From: SAR202 cluster bacterium
Lineage (GTDB): Bacteria > Chloroflexota > Dehalococcoidia > Lucifugimonadales > VXLM01
Length of the DNA: 64,000 bases
Assembly: GCA_022448725.1 (NCBI GenBank)
Contig: JAKUTR010000010.1
Span: forward strand, 7,540-71,539
Reading direction: 5' to 3'
Made by a program: the position numbers and the translations under genes. Each line of letters opens with the position of its first letter. Positions within the stretch are counted from its first letter, which is position 1. Of the stretch, positions 10,657 to 22,122 are shown piece by piece. The notes under the pieces are model-generated. The model saw only the letters and a list, made by a program, of their open reading frames with translations, had not been told where the DNA came from and did no database searches.

Positions 10657-10738
10657 CTCCTCGAAGGGATACCACGCTAGAAGCTTGCTGGTTGGTTGTC
10701 AAGCTGGAAACCAAGGGCTGCAAGCGCCTTTAATACTA

Positions 10739-10767
10739 TTGACACACGTCCCTATGGTAGATACTAT
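10739..10767 (+). promoter_or_regulatory. sigma-70-type promoter for the 16S rRNA gene
   Basis: TTGACA (10739-10744), 17-nt spacer, TACTAT (10762-10767), about 85 nt upstream of the 16S. Confidence 0.6.
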
Positions 10768-10814
10768 GTCCGAGGCGCAATTCACGTTGCTTAACTCGGG
10801 TTGTGCCATTTGCA

Positions 10815-10842
10815 CCTTAACATTTGGATAGTGGAAGGAAAC
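10815..10842 (+). other. 5' half of the 16S processing stem (RNase III-type)
   Basis: Pairs with 12551-12578 over 28 positions: 26 Watson-Crick pairs, 1 G-U, 1 U-C mismatch (checked by hand). Confidence 0.75.
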
Positions 10843-10850
10843 CGTTTAAT

Positions 10851-12352
<1,502 letters not shown>

Positions 12353-12550
12353 GGGAGTAGTCTTATTCGGGTAAATCTCGGATTAAGATTAGGTCGATCG
12401 GTGGGTGTCGGTTGTTCTGAAGTTGGGTTGAGCCGGACCTCGGCATTCGTGTCGAGAGGGAGCTCCCCTACTGACTGAAGACCGTCCCTGAGAAAGCCCG
12501 CCGGTTTGTTATCGTTGTCTCTACGGAGTCAACAAAATTTGAAACTCTAG

Positions 12551-12578
12551 GTTTCCTTTCACTATCCAACTGTTAAGG
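12551..12578 (+). other. 3' half of the 16S processing stem
   Basis: Complement of 10815-10842 (see that feature). Confidence 0.75.
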
Positions 12579-12581
12579 AGT

Positions 12582-12615
12582 GGGCTGGGCATTATTTATG
12601 CCCAGCCCTTTTTTG
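12582..12615 (+). terminator. intrinsic terminator immediately after the 16S processing stem
   Basis: 9-bp stem GGGCTGGGC / GCCCAGCCC with a 9-nt loop, followed by TTTTTT. Confidence 0.7.
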
Positions 12616-12753
12616 TGATGTTACGATCAACACCTCGTAACACATAAATGACCGTGTAGCCCATTTCCAGCCACTGCACAGCCAAGGTACAATAGAACCC
12701 GCAGGAATCAGACAACTAGAGAATGAGGGGGCGAAACTCCCTCGTAACTAAGT

Positions 12754-12829
12754 GGGGCTGTAGCTCATCAGGGAGAGCGCATCCTTTGCAAGGATGAGGT
12801 AGGGGGTTCGAGTCCCCCCAGCTCCACCA
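12754..12829 (+). tRNA. tRNA-Ala (anticodon UGC), CCA encoded
   Basis: Hand-folded 76-nt cloverleaf: acceptor GGGGCTG/CAGCTCC with the G3:U70 Ala identity pair, anticodon loop TTTGCAA, T-arm GGGGGTTCGAGTCCCCC and terminal ACCA. Confidence 0.97.
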
Positions 12830-12894
12830 ACTTTCTCTCCTACTAAAAAACAGTTACCTTCATAGCAGAGCACAGAGGAATAATCCTAGATGCC

Positions 12895-12932
12895 AAAAAG
12901 GGCTGGATAAGCGGTGCTTATCCAGCCCTTTT
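12895..12932. terminator. bidirectional intrinsic terminator (tRNA-Ala on +, membrane-protein gene on -)
   Basis: Perfect 12-bp stem GGGCTGGATAAG / CTTATCCAGCCC with a 5-nt loop, flanked by AAAAA upstream and TTTT downstream. Confidence 0.7.
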
Positions 12933-12972
12933 CATTTACTAAAGTCTAGAAAGATCGTTACGAACTAAGTTC

Positions 12973-13641
12973 CTAGCCTTGTTTCATCAACCCTAGACCC
13001 AGCGTAACCGTCCATGCAACGTGTATCAGGTAACAGATCCCAATGATCATCTGCATGTTCTGCAATTGGGCAGTATCCATTCCGCCTATCAACACTGCAA
13101 TAACCACAACTACGCCTACCGCTGCTGCAACTAGTGCGAAAATCTTGTTCTGATCATCTCGCGTAGATATCGCGAGTGCAAGTAGAAGGAACCCTAATCC
13201 TGCCAAAAGACCAGCGATCGTGTTGATACCTAACGTTGCGGAATATAGCGCGCCCGCTGCTGCACCCTGAGAAGCGACGGTGAGATCACTGCCTGCTATT
13301 GACATGTTCATCCCAACCGATACAACCCAGCCGATGACCCCAAACATTAAGAGCATTACGCCATAGCGCATTACTGCATCACCGCTACCGTTCTCACGCA
13401 TATTACTCTGTAGTACGAAGAACCCGTACAAGAACACTATGAGTCCCAGGGCAATAACAACCCCAGTGAGCTGGCTCATCATGTCGTTCGAGGTAATCGC
13501 TGCTAACGATGCCGCAGCGTCTGCAGGATCCGCAGCATCTATGAGCATTCCGCCGGGTTGCAGAAAATACCCAAGAAGCGTCACTATAGGTCCCACAACA
13601 AGCGAGTAACCTGCTAGTTTATTCGCCGATATTGTCCCCAT
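12973..13641 (-). CDS. multi-pass integral membrane protein of unknown function
   Basis: About 6 hydrophobic helices rich in Gly/Ala. Start moved to MGTISANK (ATG at 13641) because of a strong AGGAGGGAG RBS; the track's longer N-terminus lacks support. Confidence 0.6.
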   Translation of the reverse strand: MGTISANKLAGYSLVVGPIVTLLGYFLQPGGMLIDAADPADAAASLAAITSNDMMSQLTGVVIALGLIVFLYGFFVLQSNMRENGSGDAVMRYGVMLLMFGVIGWVVSVGMNMSIAGSDLTVASQGAAAGALYSATLGINTIAGLLAGLGFLLLALAISTRDDQNKIFALVAAAVGVVVVIAVLIGGMDTAQLQNMQMIIGICYLIHVAWTVTLGLGLMKQG

Positions 13642-13967
13642 ATTCTCCCTCCTAAAAATCTTCTCCAAATTTCTCGCGTGAGCCGGCCTATTTTCGTATT
13701 CAGTAGATACTTGGCCCACGTAGATACGGTAACCGTAACACAAAGCTGGATTTTCGTCGAACAGAAAATAAGTCTTTATATAGACAAAAATTATACTTAG
13801 TTAATACTACGATCCATCAATGTTTCCTGATCTCCCAACAGTTCCTTAGCGTCACGCTTGTCCAATTTACACTCACGTTATACCCTCGGGACAAGGTACC
13901 GCATGCCTTCAAATCTCTGGCAGGCTTGATACCGTAACTATACCGATTTGGCTGCCTACAACTTACA

Positions 13968-16529
13968 ATGCCAACACCAGCTCGACGCCAGTATCTCCGC
14001 ATCAAGAATGAACACCCTAATGAGATTTTGCTGTTTCGTATGGGTGATTTTTACGAGACCTTTGACGACGATGCACGGTTGATTTCTGGCGAATTGGATA
14101 TTGCTCTTACAGCCCGAGAAATGGGAAAGGGTACTTCAGTCCCGCTCGCTGGTATCCCCTACCATGCCCTTGAAGGGTATCTGGCCCGCCTCATCAAAAA
14201 AGGGCACCGCGTTGCGATATGCGAACAGACCAGCGATCCAGCAACATCTAAGGGTATCGTTGACCGTGAAGTTGTCCGGATAGTTACTCCAGGAACGATC
14301 ATAGAAGATGAAATTCTTGACCAAAAAACGAACAACTACCTTGCTGCTGTTATCGCGGTCGAAAACCACGTTGGCCTCGCATACGTCGATATCACAACAA
14401 GTGAATTTACCACGACCGAGTTACCCGCATCTGCATTACTTGTCGAATTATCACGTATATCTCCAGCTGAGGTAATAGTAGCCAATAACTCACCCATTGA
14501 CCTACCAGAGATACCTGTGACGATCTTGGAGGACCACGAGTTCGAGCTAACTTCTGCACGCCAGTCCCTCTTAAAACACTTCGGAGTTAAATCGTTAGAA
14601 TCATTCGGCTGTGAGGAACTCGATCTGGCAACCCAGGCAGCCGGAGCCATCCTGGAGTATTTACGCCAGCACCAAACTAATGCACTCTCCCAACTAAGCT
14701 CCCTGCACACGTATTCGACTAGTTCATATATGGTGCTAGATCAACAGACACGTCGTAACCTAGAACTGTTCAGTGGGGGACGCTGGGGAACATCCTCCAC
14801 GTCTCTGTTGGCTACCCTTGACCAGACACATACGTCGATGGGTGCCCGGAAACTGCGACACTGGATCGGCCAACCACTACTAAGTTTGGACTCACTAAAT
14901 CAACGGCTTGATGCCGTCGAATGGTTTGCCGACAGCCCTATTCGCCGCGGGCGGGTATCGGAGATTCTTCGAGACATTTCGGATATTGAACGACTCATGA
15001 ATAAGGTGCGTACGCTAACTGCGACCCCACGTGATGTTATCGGACTTGGCCTAAGCCTTGCTGCAGCTCCAACTCTTTGGGAACTCCTGGGCCAGGGTGA
15101 AGACTCCAACAAGATTGCTTGGCTGTCAAAAGGAAACCCACCTACTTCTGAAGTCGTGGATGTGATCACAAATGCGATCACCGATGATCCTCCGTTATCA
15201 GTATCCGATGGTGGAGTAATCCAGAGCGGATTTTCTACCGATCTGGACGAGCTACGGACCTCCTCCAAGGAAGCGCAGGCATATATCGCATCTTTGGAAA
15301 AACGTGAACGGGATCGAACCGGAATTAAATCCCTCAAGGTCGGCTATAACAAGGTCTTTGGGTACTACATTGAGATAAGTCGGACTAATATTAGCTCTGT
15401 CCCAGACGAGTACATTCGCCGGCAAACCCTTGTGAACGCTGAACGCTACATTACACCTGAGATGAAAGAGTATGAGTCGCTAGTTATGAATGCTCAAGAC
15501 CGCATAGCGGAATTGGAGAGCACACTATACAGAGGCATCTGCCAACAAATCACAGAATACGCTGACGCTGTAATGGATACTGCTATAGCTATCGCTCAGG
15601 TTGATGTGTTCCTATCCTTGGCAAAAGTCGCTTCCGAGAAGGGATATGTGCGTCCCGTCCTCAACGACGGGGACATCATCGATATCAAGCAAGGTCGACA
15701 TCCTGTCGTCGAAAACACTCTATCCGCCGGCGAGTTTGTAGCAAACGATGTGAGACTCGCCAACTCCGACGAGCAATTGATTATGCTTACCGGGCCGAAT
15801 ATGTCAGGTAAAAGTACGTTCATCAGGCAAGTTGCTGTTATCACACTTATGGCACAAATCGGCAGTTTTGTACCAGGTAAGTCAGCAGAAATTGGTATAG
15901 TCGACCGAATCTTCACACGTGTCGGGTTACAAGACGATCTGGCAACTGGCCAATCGACTTTTATGGTCGAGATGCTCGAAACGGCGGCAATACTGAATCA
16001 TGCTACACCTCGGTCACTGGTTATTCTGGATGAAATAGGACGTGGAACAAGTACCTACGACGGACTGGCGATCGCACAGGCTATTGCTGAGTTTATACAT
16101 AACCACGCTGGTTTACGTTGTAAAACCCTCTTTGCCACCCACTATCATGAATTAACAGAATTGGCCAAAACGCTACCAAGGGTTAAGAACTACAACGTCT
16201 CAGTCTCAGAAGAGAACGAGAAGGTTGTCTTTCTTCATCACATAATTCCAGGTGGTGCTGATCGCAGCTACGGTGTCTACGTCGCTAGGCTAGCCGGTAT
16301 GCCCCAACAGGTTCTAGGCCGAGCCCGTGAGGTACTGGAAATCCTAGAAAACACCTCGCGTAACACTTCAACCCCAATCCAATCATCAACCCATCAGTTG
16401 TCGATGCTGAACGACGATTCCCTGACCATAGAAGAACTTAGGTCACTGGATCTCGCATCGATGACACCCCTTGAGGCATTAACTAAGCTATACGACCTTC
16501 AACAGAACGTCTCCCGACCGGCAGATTAA
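13968..16529 (+). CDS. mutS: DNA mismatch repair protein MutS
   Basis: N-terminal mismatch-binding block ([10 protein letters not shown]), Walker [10 protein letters not shown] and the [14 protein letters not shown] block; 853 aa. Confidence 0.97.
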   Translation: MPTPARRQYLRIKNEHPNEILLFRMGDFYETFDDDARLISGELDIALTAREMGKGTSVPLAGIPYHALEGYLARLIKKGHRVAICEQTSDPATSKGIVDREVVRIVTPGTIIEDEILDQKTNNYLAAVIAVENHVGLAYVDITTSEFTTTELPASALLVELSRISPAEVIVANNSPIDLPEIPVTILEDHEFELTSARQSLLKHFGVKSLESFGCEELDLATQAAGAILEYLRQHQTNALSQLSSLHTYSTSSYMVLDQQTRRNLELFSGGRWGTSSTSLLATLDQTHTSMGARKLRHWIGQPLLSLDSLNQRLDAVEWFADSPIRRGRVSEILRDISDIERLMNKVRTLTATPRDVIGLGLSLAAAPTLWELLGQGEDSNKIAWLSKGNPPTSEVVDVITNAITDDPPLSVSDGGVIQSGFSTDLDELRTSSKEAQAYIASLEKRERDRTGIKSLKVGYNKVFGYYIEISRTNISSVPDEYIRRQTLVNAERYITPEMKEYESLVMNAQDRIAELESTLYRGICQQITEYADAVMDTAIAIAQVDVFLSLAKVASEKGYVRPVLNDGDIIDIKQGRHPVVENTLSAGEFVANDVRLANSDEQLIMLTGPNMSGKSTFIRQVAVITLMAQIGSFVPGKSAEIGIVDRIFTRVGLQDDLATGQSTFMVEMLETAAILNHATPRSLVILDEIGRGTSTYDGLAIAQAIAEFIHNHAGLRCKTLFATHYHELTELAKTLPRVKNYNVSVSEENEKVVFLHHIIPGGADRSYGVYVARLAGMPQQVLGRAREVLEILENTSRNTSTPIQSSTHQLSMLNDDSLTIEELRSLDLASMTPLEALTKLYDLQQNVSRPAD

Positions 16530-16792
16530 GCCAACGACTCGGTCTCGCTATCCAAAGGACGCGCCCGATAGTACAAACCCCAGTCCTGCATCGCCTGTGT
16601 GATACGTTCATCGTCCAACTCAGATAGCTCTTTGAAAAACCCGGCTAAGGAATGCACGTGGAGCAATTCATCAGAGCACACCCAATTTCTATCGGCTCTT
16701 ACGACGTAAACAAGTCCGTTCTGATGCTCGCACTCAAGCTCAACGCGTTTGCTCCCACTCTCTCCTTTAACTGTAAGTCCGAAGTCACCCAT
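16526..16792 (-). CDS. hypothetical small protein (88 aa)
   Basis: Open frame only; no motif recognised. Its stop overlaps the mutS stop by 4 nt (convergent). Confidence 0.35.
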   Translation of the reverse strand: MGDFGLTVKGESGSKRVELECEHQNGLVYVVRADRNWVCSDELLHVHSLAGFFKELSELDDERITQAMQDWGLYYRARPLDSETESLA

Positions 16793-16964
16793 TCTATGAC
16801 CCCTTATATCCTGATTTCGTTCACCAAATTATAGGCATCGAAGTGTACTACGTGAATCGCCAACAATTTATGAACCGCACCGCTGTGCATTGGGAAAAGT
16901 CTGCACTGTGATGCCCTCTCTTGGATACTTTACCAGTTATGCATAACATAATAAGCTCTATCGT

Positions 16965-17936
16965 ATGCCGATCATCGAAGTAGACAACCTCAGTAAACAG
17001 TTCGGAGAAATTAAGGCTGTGGACGGCGTCTCTTTCAAAGTGGAGGAAGGAGAGGTGTTTGGGTTCTTAGGACCAAATGGTGCCGGGAAGACTACAACCA
17101 TCAACATGCTCTGCACTTTGCTTCGGCCAACTTCCGGCCAAGCTAGAGTTGCAGGCCTGGACGTAATCAAAGACAAGAACGATGTTCGCAGAGCCATTGG
17201 ACTCGTATTCCAAGAAACCACTTTGGACGATTACCTAACCGCAGAGCAAAACATCTTGTTCCATGCTTTAGCTTATGCAGTCCCCTCCGAAGTACGCAAG
17301 CAAAGAACTAAAGAATTACTTACCCTAATGGAACTTTGGGAGCGTCGGAAGAGTAAGATCCGAACCTATTCTGGCGGTATGAAACGCCGATTAGAGATCG
17401 CTCGTGGACTGGTTCACCTACCGAGAGTGTTGTTCCTAGACGAACCAACTCTCGGCTTAGACCCGCAAACCCGTAACCGGATCTGGGAGTACATACTCGA
17501 TCTACGAGAAAAACAGGGGCTCACCATCTTCCTAACAACTCACTACATGGATGAAGCAGAACACAGCGATAGGATCGCTGTCATCGATCACGGTAAGATC
17601 GTCGCACTCAACACCCCTGATAGTCTCAAAGATCAAGTCGGAGGAGACGTCTTAACGATATCTTCGGACAACAATGAGCTAGTTGAAGACGAGTTACGCG
17701 ACAAATATGGGCTCGTCCCTGAAGTTAATAATGGGACCGTCAGCGTTCGAGTACCAGGTGGAGAGGAGTTTTTACCGCAATTTGTTCGCGCCTACGAAGG
17801 AACACTTCAATCCATTGGGCTAAGACGTCCAACTCTAGAAGATGTTTTCTTGCACCTAACAGGCCGCGAAATCCGAGACGAGAAAGTTGATGAACGGGCT
17901 TTGATGCGCAATGCAATGCGTGCTCGGTATCGCTGA
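16965..17936 (+). CDS. ABC transporter ATP-binding protein (ABC-2/DrrA-like exporter subunit)
   Basis: Walker A GPNGAGKTT, signature SGGMKRRL and Walker B VLFLDEPT. Confidence 0.92.
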   Translation: MPIIEVDNLSKQFGEIKAVDGVSFKVEEGEVFGFLGPNGAGKTTTINMLCTLLRPTSGQARVAGLDVIKDKNDVRRAIGLVFQETTLDDYLTAEQNILFHALAYAVPSEVRKQRTKELLTLMELWERRKSKIRTYSGGMKRRLEIARGLVHLPRVLFLDEPTLGLDPQTRNRIWEYILDLREKQGLTIFLTTHYMDEAEHSDRIAVIDHGKIVALNTPDSLKDQVGGDVLTISSDNNELVEDELRDKYGLVPEVNNGTVSVRVPGGEEFLPQFVRAYEGTLQSIGLRRPTLEDVFLHLTGREIRDEKVDERALMRNAMRARYR

Positions 17937-17939
17937 CCA

Positions 17940-18767
17940 ATGAGTGAAACTTACCGAGGTATCTGGGTTGTCGCATTTAGAGAGTTGTTACGGTTCGTAG
18001 CCGATCGATCGAGAATGATTTCGTCGTTCATGTTCCCGCTGATTTTTCTAGTAGTGTTCGGTGCTGGGTTCAGTCGTATAGTTGGTAGACTTGAAGGTGA
18101 CGTCAATTTCATTCAATTCATATATCCAGGAATCATCGCCATGACCGTAGTGATGTCTTCATTGTTCGCAGGGACATCCGTCGTAGTTGATCGCGAATAT
18201 GGTTTTTTGAAAGAAGTCCTCGTTGCTCCACTAAGCCGTGTGGGGATTATTCTTGGCAAAGCACTGGGAGGGTCTCTCACTGCGTTAATCCAGGGAACGA
18301 TAATGCTAGCTATTGCCCCGTTAGTCGGTCTTTCAATCTCACCATTACTGGTATTGCAGCTGTTACCAACCCTACTAGTATTATCGCTGTCACTATCCGG
18401 CCTCGGTATCTTGATGGCAACGAGGATGCGTTCGCAGCAGGGTTTCCAGTTTTTAATGCAACTGATGGTGTTTCCACTCATCTTCCTATCCGGCGTCTTT
18501 TTCCCAGTTCAGGGAGTCCCAACATGGCTCCAGATTGTTGCGAAATTCAACCCACTGACCTACGGGGTAGATGCCATTCGACAAATCTTCCTAGGCCCAC
18601 GTGCCTCAGGCTCAGTTGCAGAACTCCCTGGTAACGAGACCATTTCCACTGGCGTAATTTTGTTCAATCATCCAATGGGCATCATTGAGGACGTAGCAGT
18701 GATTGGAGCTATCGGGGCGGTCTTATTGCTCGCTGGAGTATGGTCATTCTCTCGCACAGAAGCTTAA
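17940..18767 (+). CDS. ABC-2-type transporter permease
   Basis: 6-TM hydrophobic profile. Lies immediately downstream of the ATPase (3-nt gap), the typical ABC-2 arrangement. Confidence 0.85.
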   Translation: MSETYRGIWVVAFRELLRFVADRSRMISSFMFPLIFLVVFGAGFSRIVGRLEGDVNFIQFIYPGIIAMTVVMSSLFAGTSVVVDREYGFLKEVLVAPLSRVGIILGKALGGSLTALIQGTIMLAIAPLVGLSISPLLVLQLLPTLLVLSLSLSGLGILMATRMRSQQGFQFLMQLMVFPLIFLSGVFFPVQGVPTWLQIVAKFNPLTYGVDAIRQIFLGPRASGSVAELPGNETISTGVILFNHPMGIIEDVAVIGAIGAVLLLAGVWSFSRTEA

Positions 18768-18806
18768 ACGTACCCATTAGCAGCGGCCACATCTATTCAA
18801 AAATTG

Positions 18807-19337
18807 CTAACGAACTAACGTCAAGTGCTCCGGCGTCAACATCCAGTGCATGGTTGCCACCTGTCTGTGAGCAATTTCCGTCAGACGCAATTTACACAAA
18901 GAGCCAGGTACTAACTCAGTTAAACAAGAGGACACTCCTGTAACCAACGTGCCAATCAACTGCCCTAAATAAGGCTCGTGCCCCACAATCATCACCCCGG
19001 CACCCACATTTTGCTTATTTAGATGGGTGATTACGCTGTCTACTTGAACTAATAATTCTTCCCAGCATCCAGTGGCGATACTTTCAGAAAATGTTATGGG
19101 CGCTACAAGTGATAACTCCTCGTGAACAATTTGTGCCGTCTGTCTTGCACGTTTTTTGGGACTAGATAACAGAACATCGAGAGTTATACCCATCCGGCGC
19201 ATCCCCTGCCCTGCCCGAGTCATTATTTCAAGCCCTTCTGACGTTAAAGATCGCTCAGCATCATCTTGGAAGTCCAGTCCCAGGGGTTCGGCATCACCGT
19301 GCCGGAGTATGTATAGATCTACCGGCACATCAATCAC
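18807..19337 (-). CDS. sixA: histidine-phosphatase-superfamily protein (SixA-like phosphohistidine phosphatase)
   Basis: RHG motif (LYILRHGDAEP), SSPKKRARQTA and VGHEPYLG. The start is uncertain: GTG at 19337 or 19328 fits the upstream stop better than the track's ATG at 19370. Confidence 0.75.
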   Translation of the reverse strand: MIDVPVDLYILRHGDAEPLGLDFQDDAERSLTSEGLEIMTRAGQGMRRMGITLDVLLSSPKKRARQTAQIVHEELSLVAPITFSESIATGCWEELLVQVDSVITHLNKQNVGAGVMIVGHEPYLGQLIGTLVTGVSSCLTELVPGSLCKLRLTEIAHRQVATMHWMLTPEHLTLVR

Positions 19338-20148
19338 CAAAATTGTAAAGTTGCAACGCCGTTTTACCAAAAATCCACTCTTTGTCCACCTCGCTCAACC
19401 AGTCAATATGATCACGGAACATATCAACGCAAGGGGCATAGCCTGTTTCTCGCTCGACACCAGGAAAGTTAGTTCCCCACATCAAACGCTGCGGGCCAAA
19501 TAAATCGTAAATCCTTTTGAAACAGTCATGCGTATCTCGATACGGAAACGGCTCTTGCTCTTTATGTGGAATCAGTTTGACATATACATTTGGGTACTTC
19601 GCTAGATCCATAACCGGCTGTAATCCTGGATACGGGGGCTCCTCAATCCTAGGTACGCCACCATTATGATCAAGTGCGATAGGTACATCAGGGTGTCGGG
19701 CGATGATCTGTTCAATATCCGGGTACAATTTAGATGGTCCATGAGAGATAAATCCGACGCCTAATTCTGCAGCTTTCTCCCAGATTACATCTTGATCAGG
19801 CCCTGCCCACATCGATGGATGATCAGGGCGTGAAAGGTGTATTCGTAACCCACTGAAACGGTGCTGTTTAACTAACATTTCAAGCTTTTCCGCGGCACCT
19901 GGTTCGAACTGATTGACGACTCCTATCGCTGCGAACTTACCTGGAAATCGTTTCAGCGTGTCAGCCACGTAGGAGTTGTCAAAAAGATAGTGTATGGGTT
20001 GGACGATGACCGCTCGGTCCACACCTGCATCGGCCATTTTGTTGTTGAGAAACTCAACACTTCCTTCTAGATCAACCGTACGGCCTTCATCCATAGGATA
20101 TTTCTGGTAATCACTACTCCAAACGTGAAGATGTGTGTCGATTATCAT
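19330..20148 (-). CDS. amidohydrolase-2 family metal-dependent hydrolase (TIM barrel)
   Basis: N-terminal MIIDTHLHVW HxH motif, ALDHNGG and WGTNFP blocks. Confidence 0.82.
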   Translation of the reverse strand: MIIDTHLHVWSSDYQKYPMDEGRTVDLEGSVEFLNNKMADAGVDRAVIVQPIHYLFDNSYVADTLKRFPGKFAAIGVVNQFEPGAAEKLEMLVKQHRFSGLRIHLSRPDHPSMWAGPDQDVIWEKAAELGVGFISHGPSKLYPDIEQIIARHPDVPIALDHNGGVPRIEEPPYPGLQPVMDLAKYPNVYVKLIPHKEQEPFPYRDTHDCFKRIYDLFGPQRLMWGTNFPGVERETGYAPCVDMFRDHIDWLSEVDKEWIFGKTALQLYNFGD

Positions 20149-20257
20149 CGCTTCTCCTTATTTGCCGAGTATCCTTGTTCCATCTCAGAACCCTCTGATA
20201 GATTTATCGACTCCTGGCCATACTTAGAATATTCAATGTGATCTAGATTCTCTTAAC

Positions 20258-21064
20258 TTAGTCCGAAAGCAAATCCCTCAAGTGTCCAGCAGCTTTCCCA
20301 ATGAGGAGAGATCGCTCTTCACTCTCTTCACCTTCGTAGACTATCGAAATACAACCGTTGTAATTGCCTGCTCGTAGGATTTCCACGATACGACCATAGT
20401 CAAGCACCATCTCTGTCCCATTTGCAATTTGATAGAACTTACACCGAACGTAACTAGCATATGGCAGCGTATCTCTTATATAGGCATATATATCGACGTC
20501 AGGGTCGGGATCGCCTGCAGCTCCTGGTGATCCCCGCCATTGGCCCGTATCGAGAATAAACGACAGGTTCGGGTGATCCGTCTGTTGAATAATACGAATG
20601 ACGTCTGGCCCAGTAGCCGCAAGATTCCGATTATCGTGGTTTTGGAGACCTACAACGACAGCATTTTCTGCACCGTAGTCGGCAACTTGACGTAGGCACT
20701 GTGCCAGGGCATCAAACATGGGTTCCCGGTTTTCAATCTCGTTCGTTTGCCACCCAAATACACGGACAATTGGCGCCCCAAGAATACTAGCCAAATCAAT
20801 TACGCGTTTGGCCTCTTCAATTTTCATTTGCTGGAAAGCTTCGTCACCGGCGAAGCCTCCTCCAATGCCTATATACCCGATTGGAAGTCCAAGATCCAGG
20901 CACTTCCGTTTGATACTCAACAGATAACTGGTACAGCTAGATTCAAAAGCGCGCTCGTTGAAATCAACACAGTCCAGATCAAGTTCATTACAGGTTTCGA
21001 TGAACCGGTCCAGTGTTGGCAGATTCGGCTTGAAGCTCAAATGATTACATCCAATCTTTATCAT
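20258..21064 (-). CDS. sugar phosphate isomerase/epimerase (xylose-isomerase-like TIM barrel)
   Basis: Typical blocks (IGCNHLSF, VFGW, LQNHDN, FILDTGQW). Start is ambiguous (21064, 21148 or 21190). I prefer MIKIGCN because the longer forms add a low-complexity N-terminus and overlap the divergent EamA gene. Confidence 0.7.
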   Translation of the reverse strand: MIKIGCNHLSFKPNLPTLDRFIETCNELDLDCVDFNERAFESSCTSYLLSIKRKCLDLGLPIGYIGIGGGFAGDEAFQQMKIEEAKRVIDLASILGAPIVRVFGWQTNEIENREPMFDALAQCLRQVADYGAENAVVVGLQNHDNRNLAATGPDVIRIIQQTDHPNLSFILDTGQWRGSPGAAGDPDPDVDIYAYIRDTLPYASYVRCKFYQIANGTEMVLDYGRIVEILRAGNYNGCISIVYEGEESEERSLLIGKAAGHLRDLLSD

Positions 21065-21168
21065 GGCAGCAAGGGTAACAGGTGTCGCATCTTGTGTTCT
21101 AGACGCACCTCTTACTGAGATGCCCGATATACTATTAGACGAGTTCATCGCTAACCAAAGAAGTACAT

Positions 21169-22074
21169 ATGTCTTGGGTTTTACTCGCAATCATCAGCGC
21201 GGCCACTATCGCGCTCATAAGTGTCCTGGATAAAGCGTTTCTCCATTATTACAGTAGATCCCACTGGACGCTGCTCCTATTGATCGGTGGCGCACAACTA
21301 CTCATCGGCTTCGTATTAGTCGTAGCAACCCGTGGAACAGAAATCCCCTGGTTCGGTATTCAGTGGAGCATCGTGTCCGGGATACTTTGGGCATTTAACA
21401 CAGTGTTAGTGATCAGAGTCTTATCCAAGAAAGAGGTTTCCCGAACGATTCCCATTGCACTATCATTCCCAATTTTCGTAGCTCCCATGGCCGTATTTGT
21501 ACTGGGAGAGGAACTCTCGACAACACATTGGGTGTCAATCAGTATCGCAGTTATTGGATCGGTAATCATTTCAACCAATTTTAATGATCGCCTAACTCGA
21601 CCAACACTGGATAATTCGCTGTACATTTTGCTATTTGCGAGTATTTTGTTAGCTGGATCACACATAGCAATAAAGCTCTCACTTGAAGAATTGACAGTAC
21701 TCCCAGCGCATGGCTGGCGGGCTCTTTCTTTCGGGACTGTTTTGCTTGTTATTGCCGCACGGCCCGAAGCTATCAACGATGTATTTAAAATGGCACGTCA
21801 AAAAAGTTTCGGACTTGGTATTTTTGCAGTGAACGAATTCCTCATTGCTAACATTGGGATGCTACTAAATTTACTGGCTTTATCATTGGGACCCGTCTCC
21901 CTTGTTTCAGCCATTACGGCAACAAGCTCACTATTTTTGTTCCTTTACGGTAGTATTCTAGGTATTCGTTTCCGAGGCTTTTTGGGTGAGCAGGTCAACT
22001 GGCGGACGCTCGCGATAAAAGGAATATCTACGATGATGATCGTTGGAGCGGTAGCCGGGATCGCAATCTCCTGA
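21169..22074 (+). CDS. EamA/DMT-family transporter
   Basis: 10-TM profile made of two EamA-like halves; 301 aa. Confidence 0.8.
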   Translation: MSWVLLAIISAATIALISVLDKAFLHYYSRSHWTLLLLIGGAQLLIGFVLVVATRGTEIPWFGIQWSIVSGILWAFNTVLVIRVLSKKEVSRTIPIALSFPIFVAPMAVFVLGEELSTTHWVSISIAVIGSVIISTNFNDRLTRPTLDNSLYILLFASILLAGSHIAIKLSLEELTVLPAHGWRALSFGTVLLVIAARPEAINDVFKMARQKSFGLGIFAVNEFLIANIGMLLNLLALSLGPVSLVSAITATSSLFLFLYGSILGIRFRGFLGEQVNWRTLAIKGISTMMIVGAVAGIAIS

Positions 22075-22122
22075 CTGTGTTCTAAAACTCACTGTCAACA
22101 AGTGGGAAAGAGGTGTAGAAAA

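Noticed and set aside
12830-13967. Checked whether tRNA-Ala marks the edge of an integrated element (integrase gene, direct repeat of the tRNA 3' end).
   Set aside because: Downstream genes are a membrane protein and mutS. There is no integrase or recombinase and I saw no repeat of the tRNA 3' half.
13817-14005. Short ORFs in intergenic or edge positions (13817-14005, 23078-23263, 25973-26164, 63336-63566, 63705-63980).
   Set aside because: They have no RBS or motif. They overlap better-supported genes (mutS start, ispH) or promoter regions, and their composition looks non-coding.
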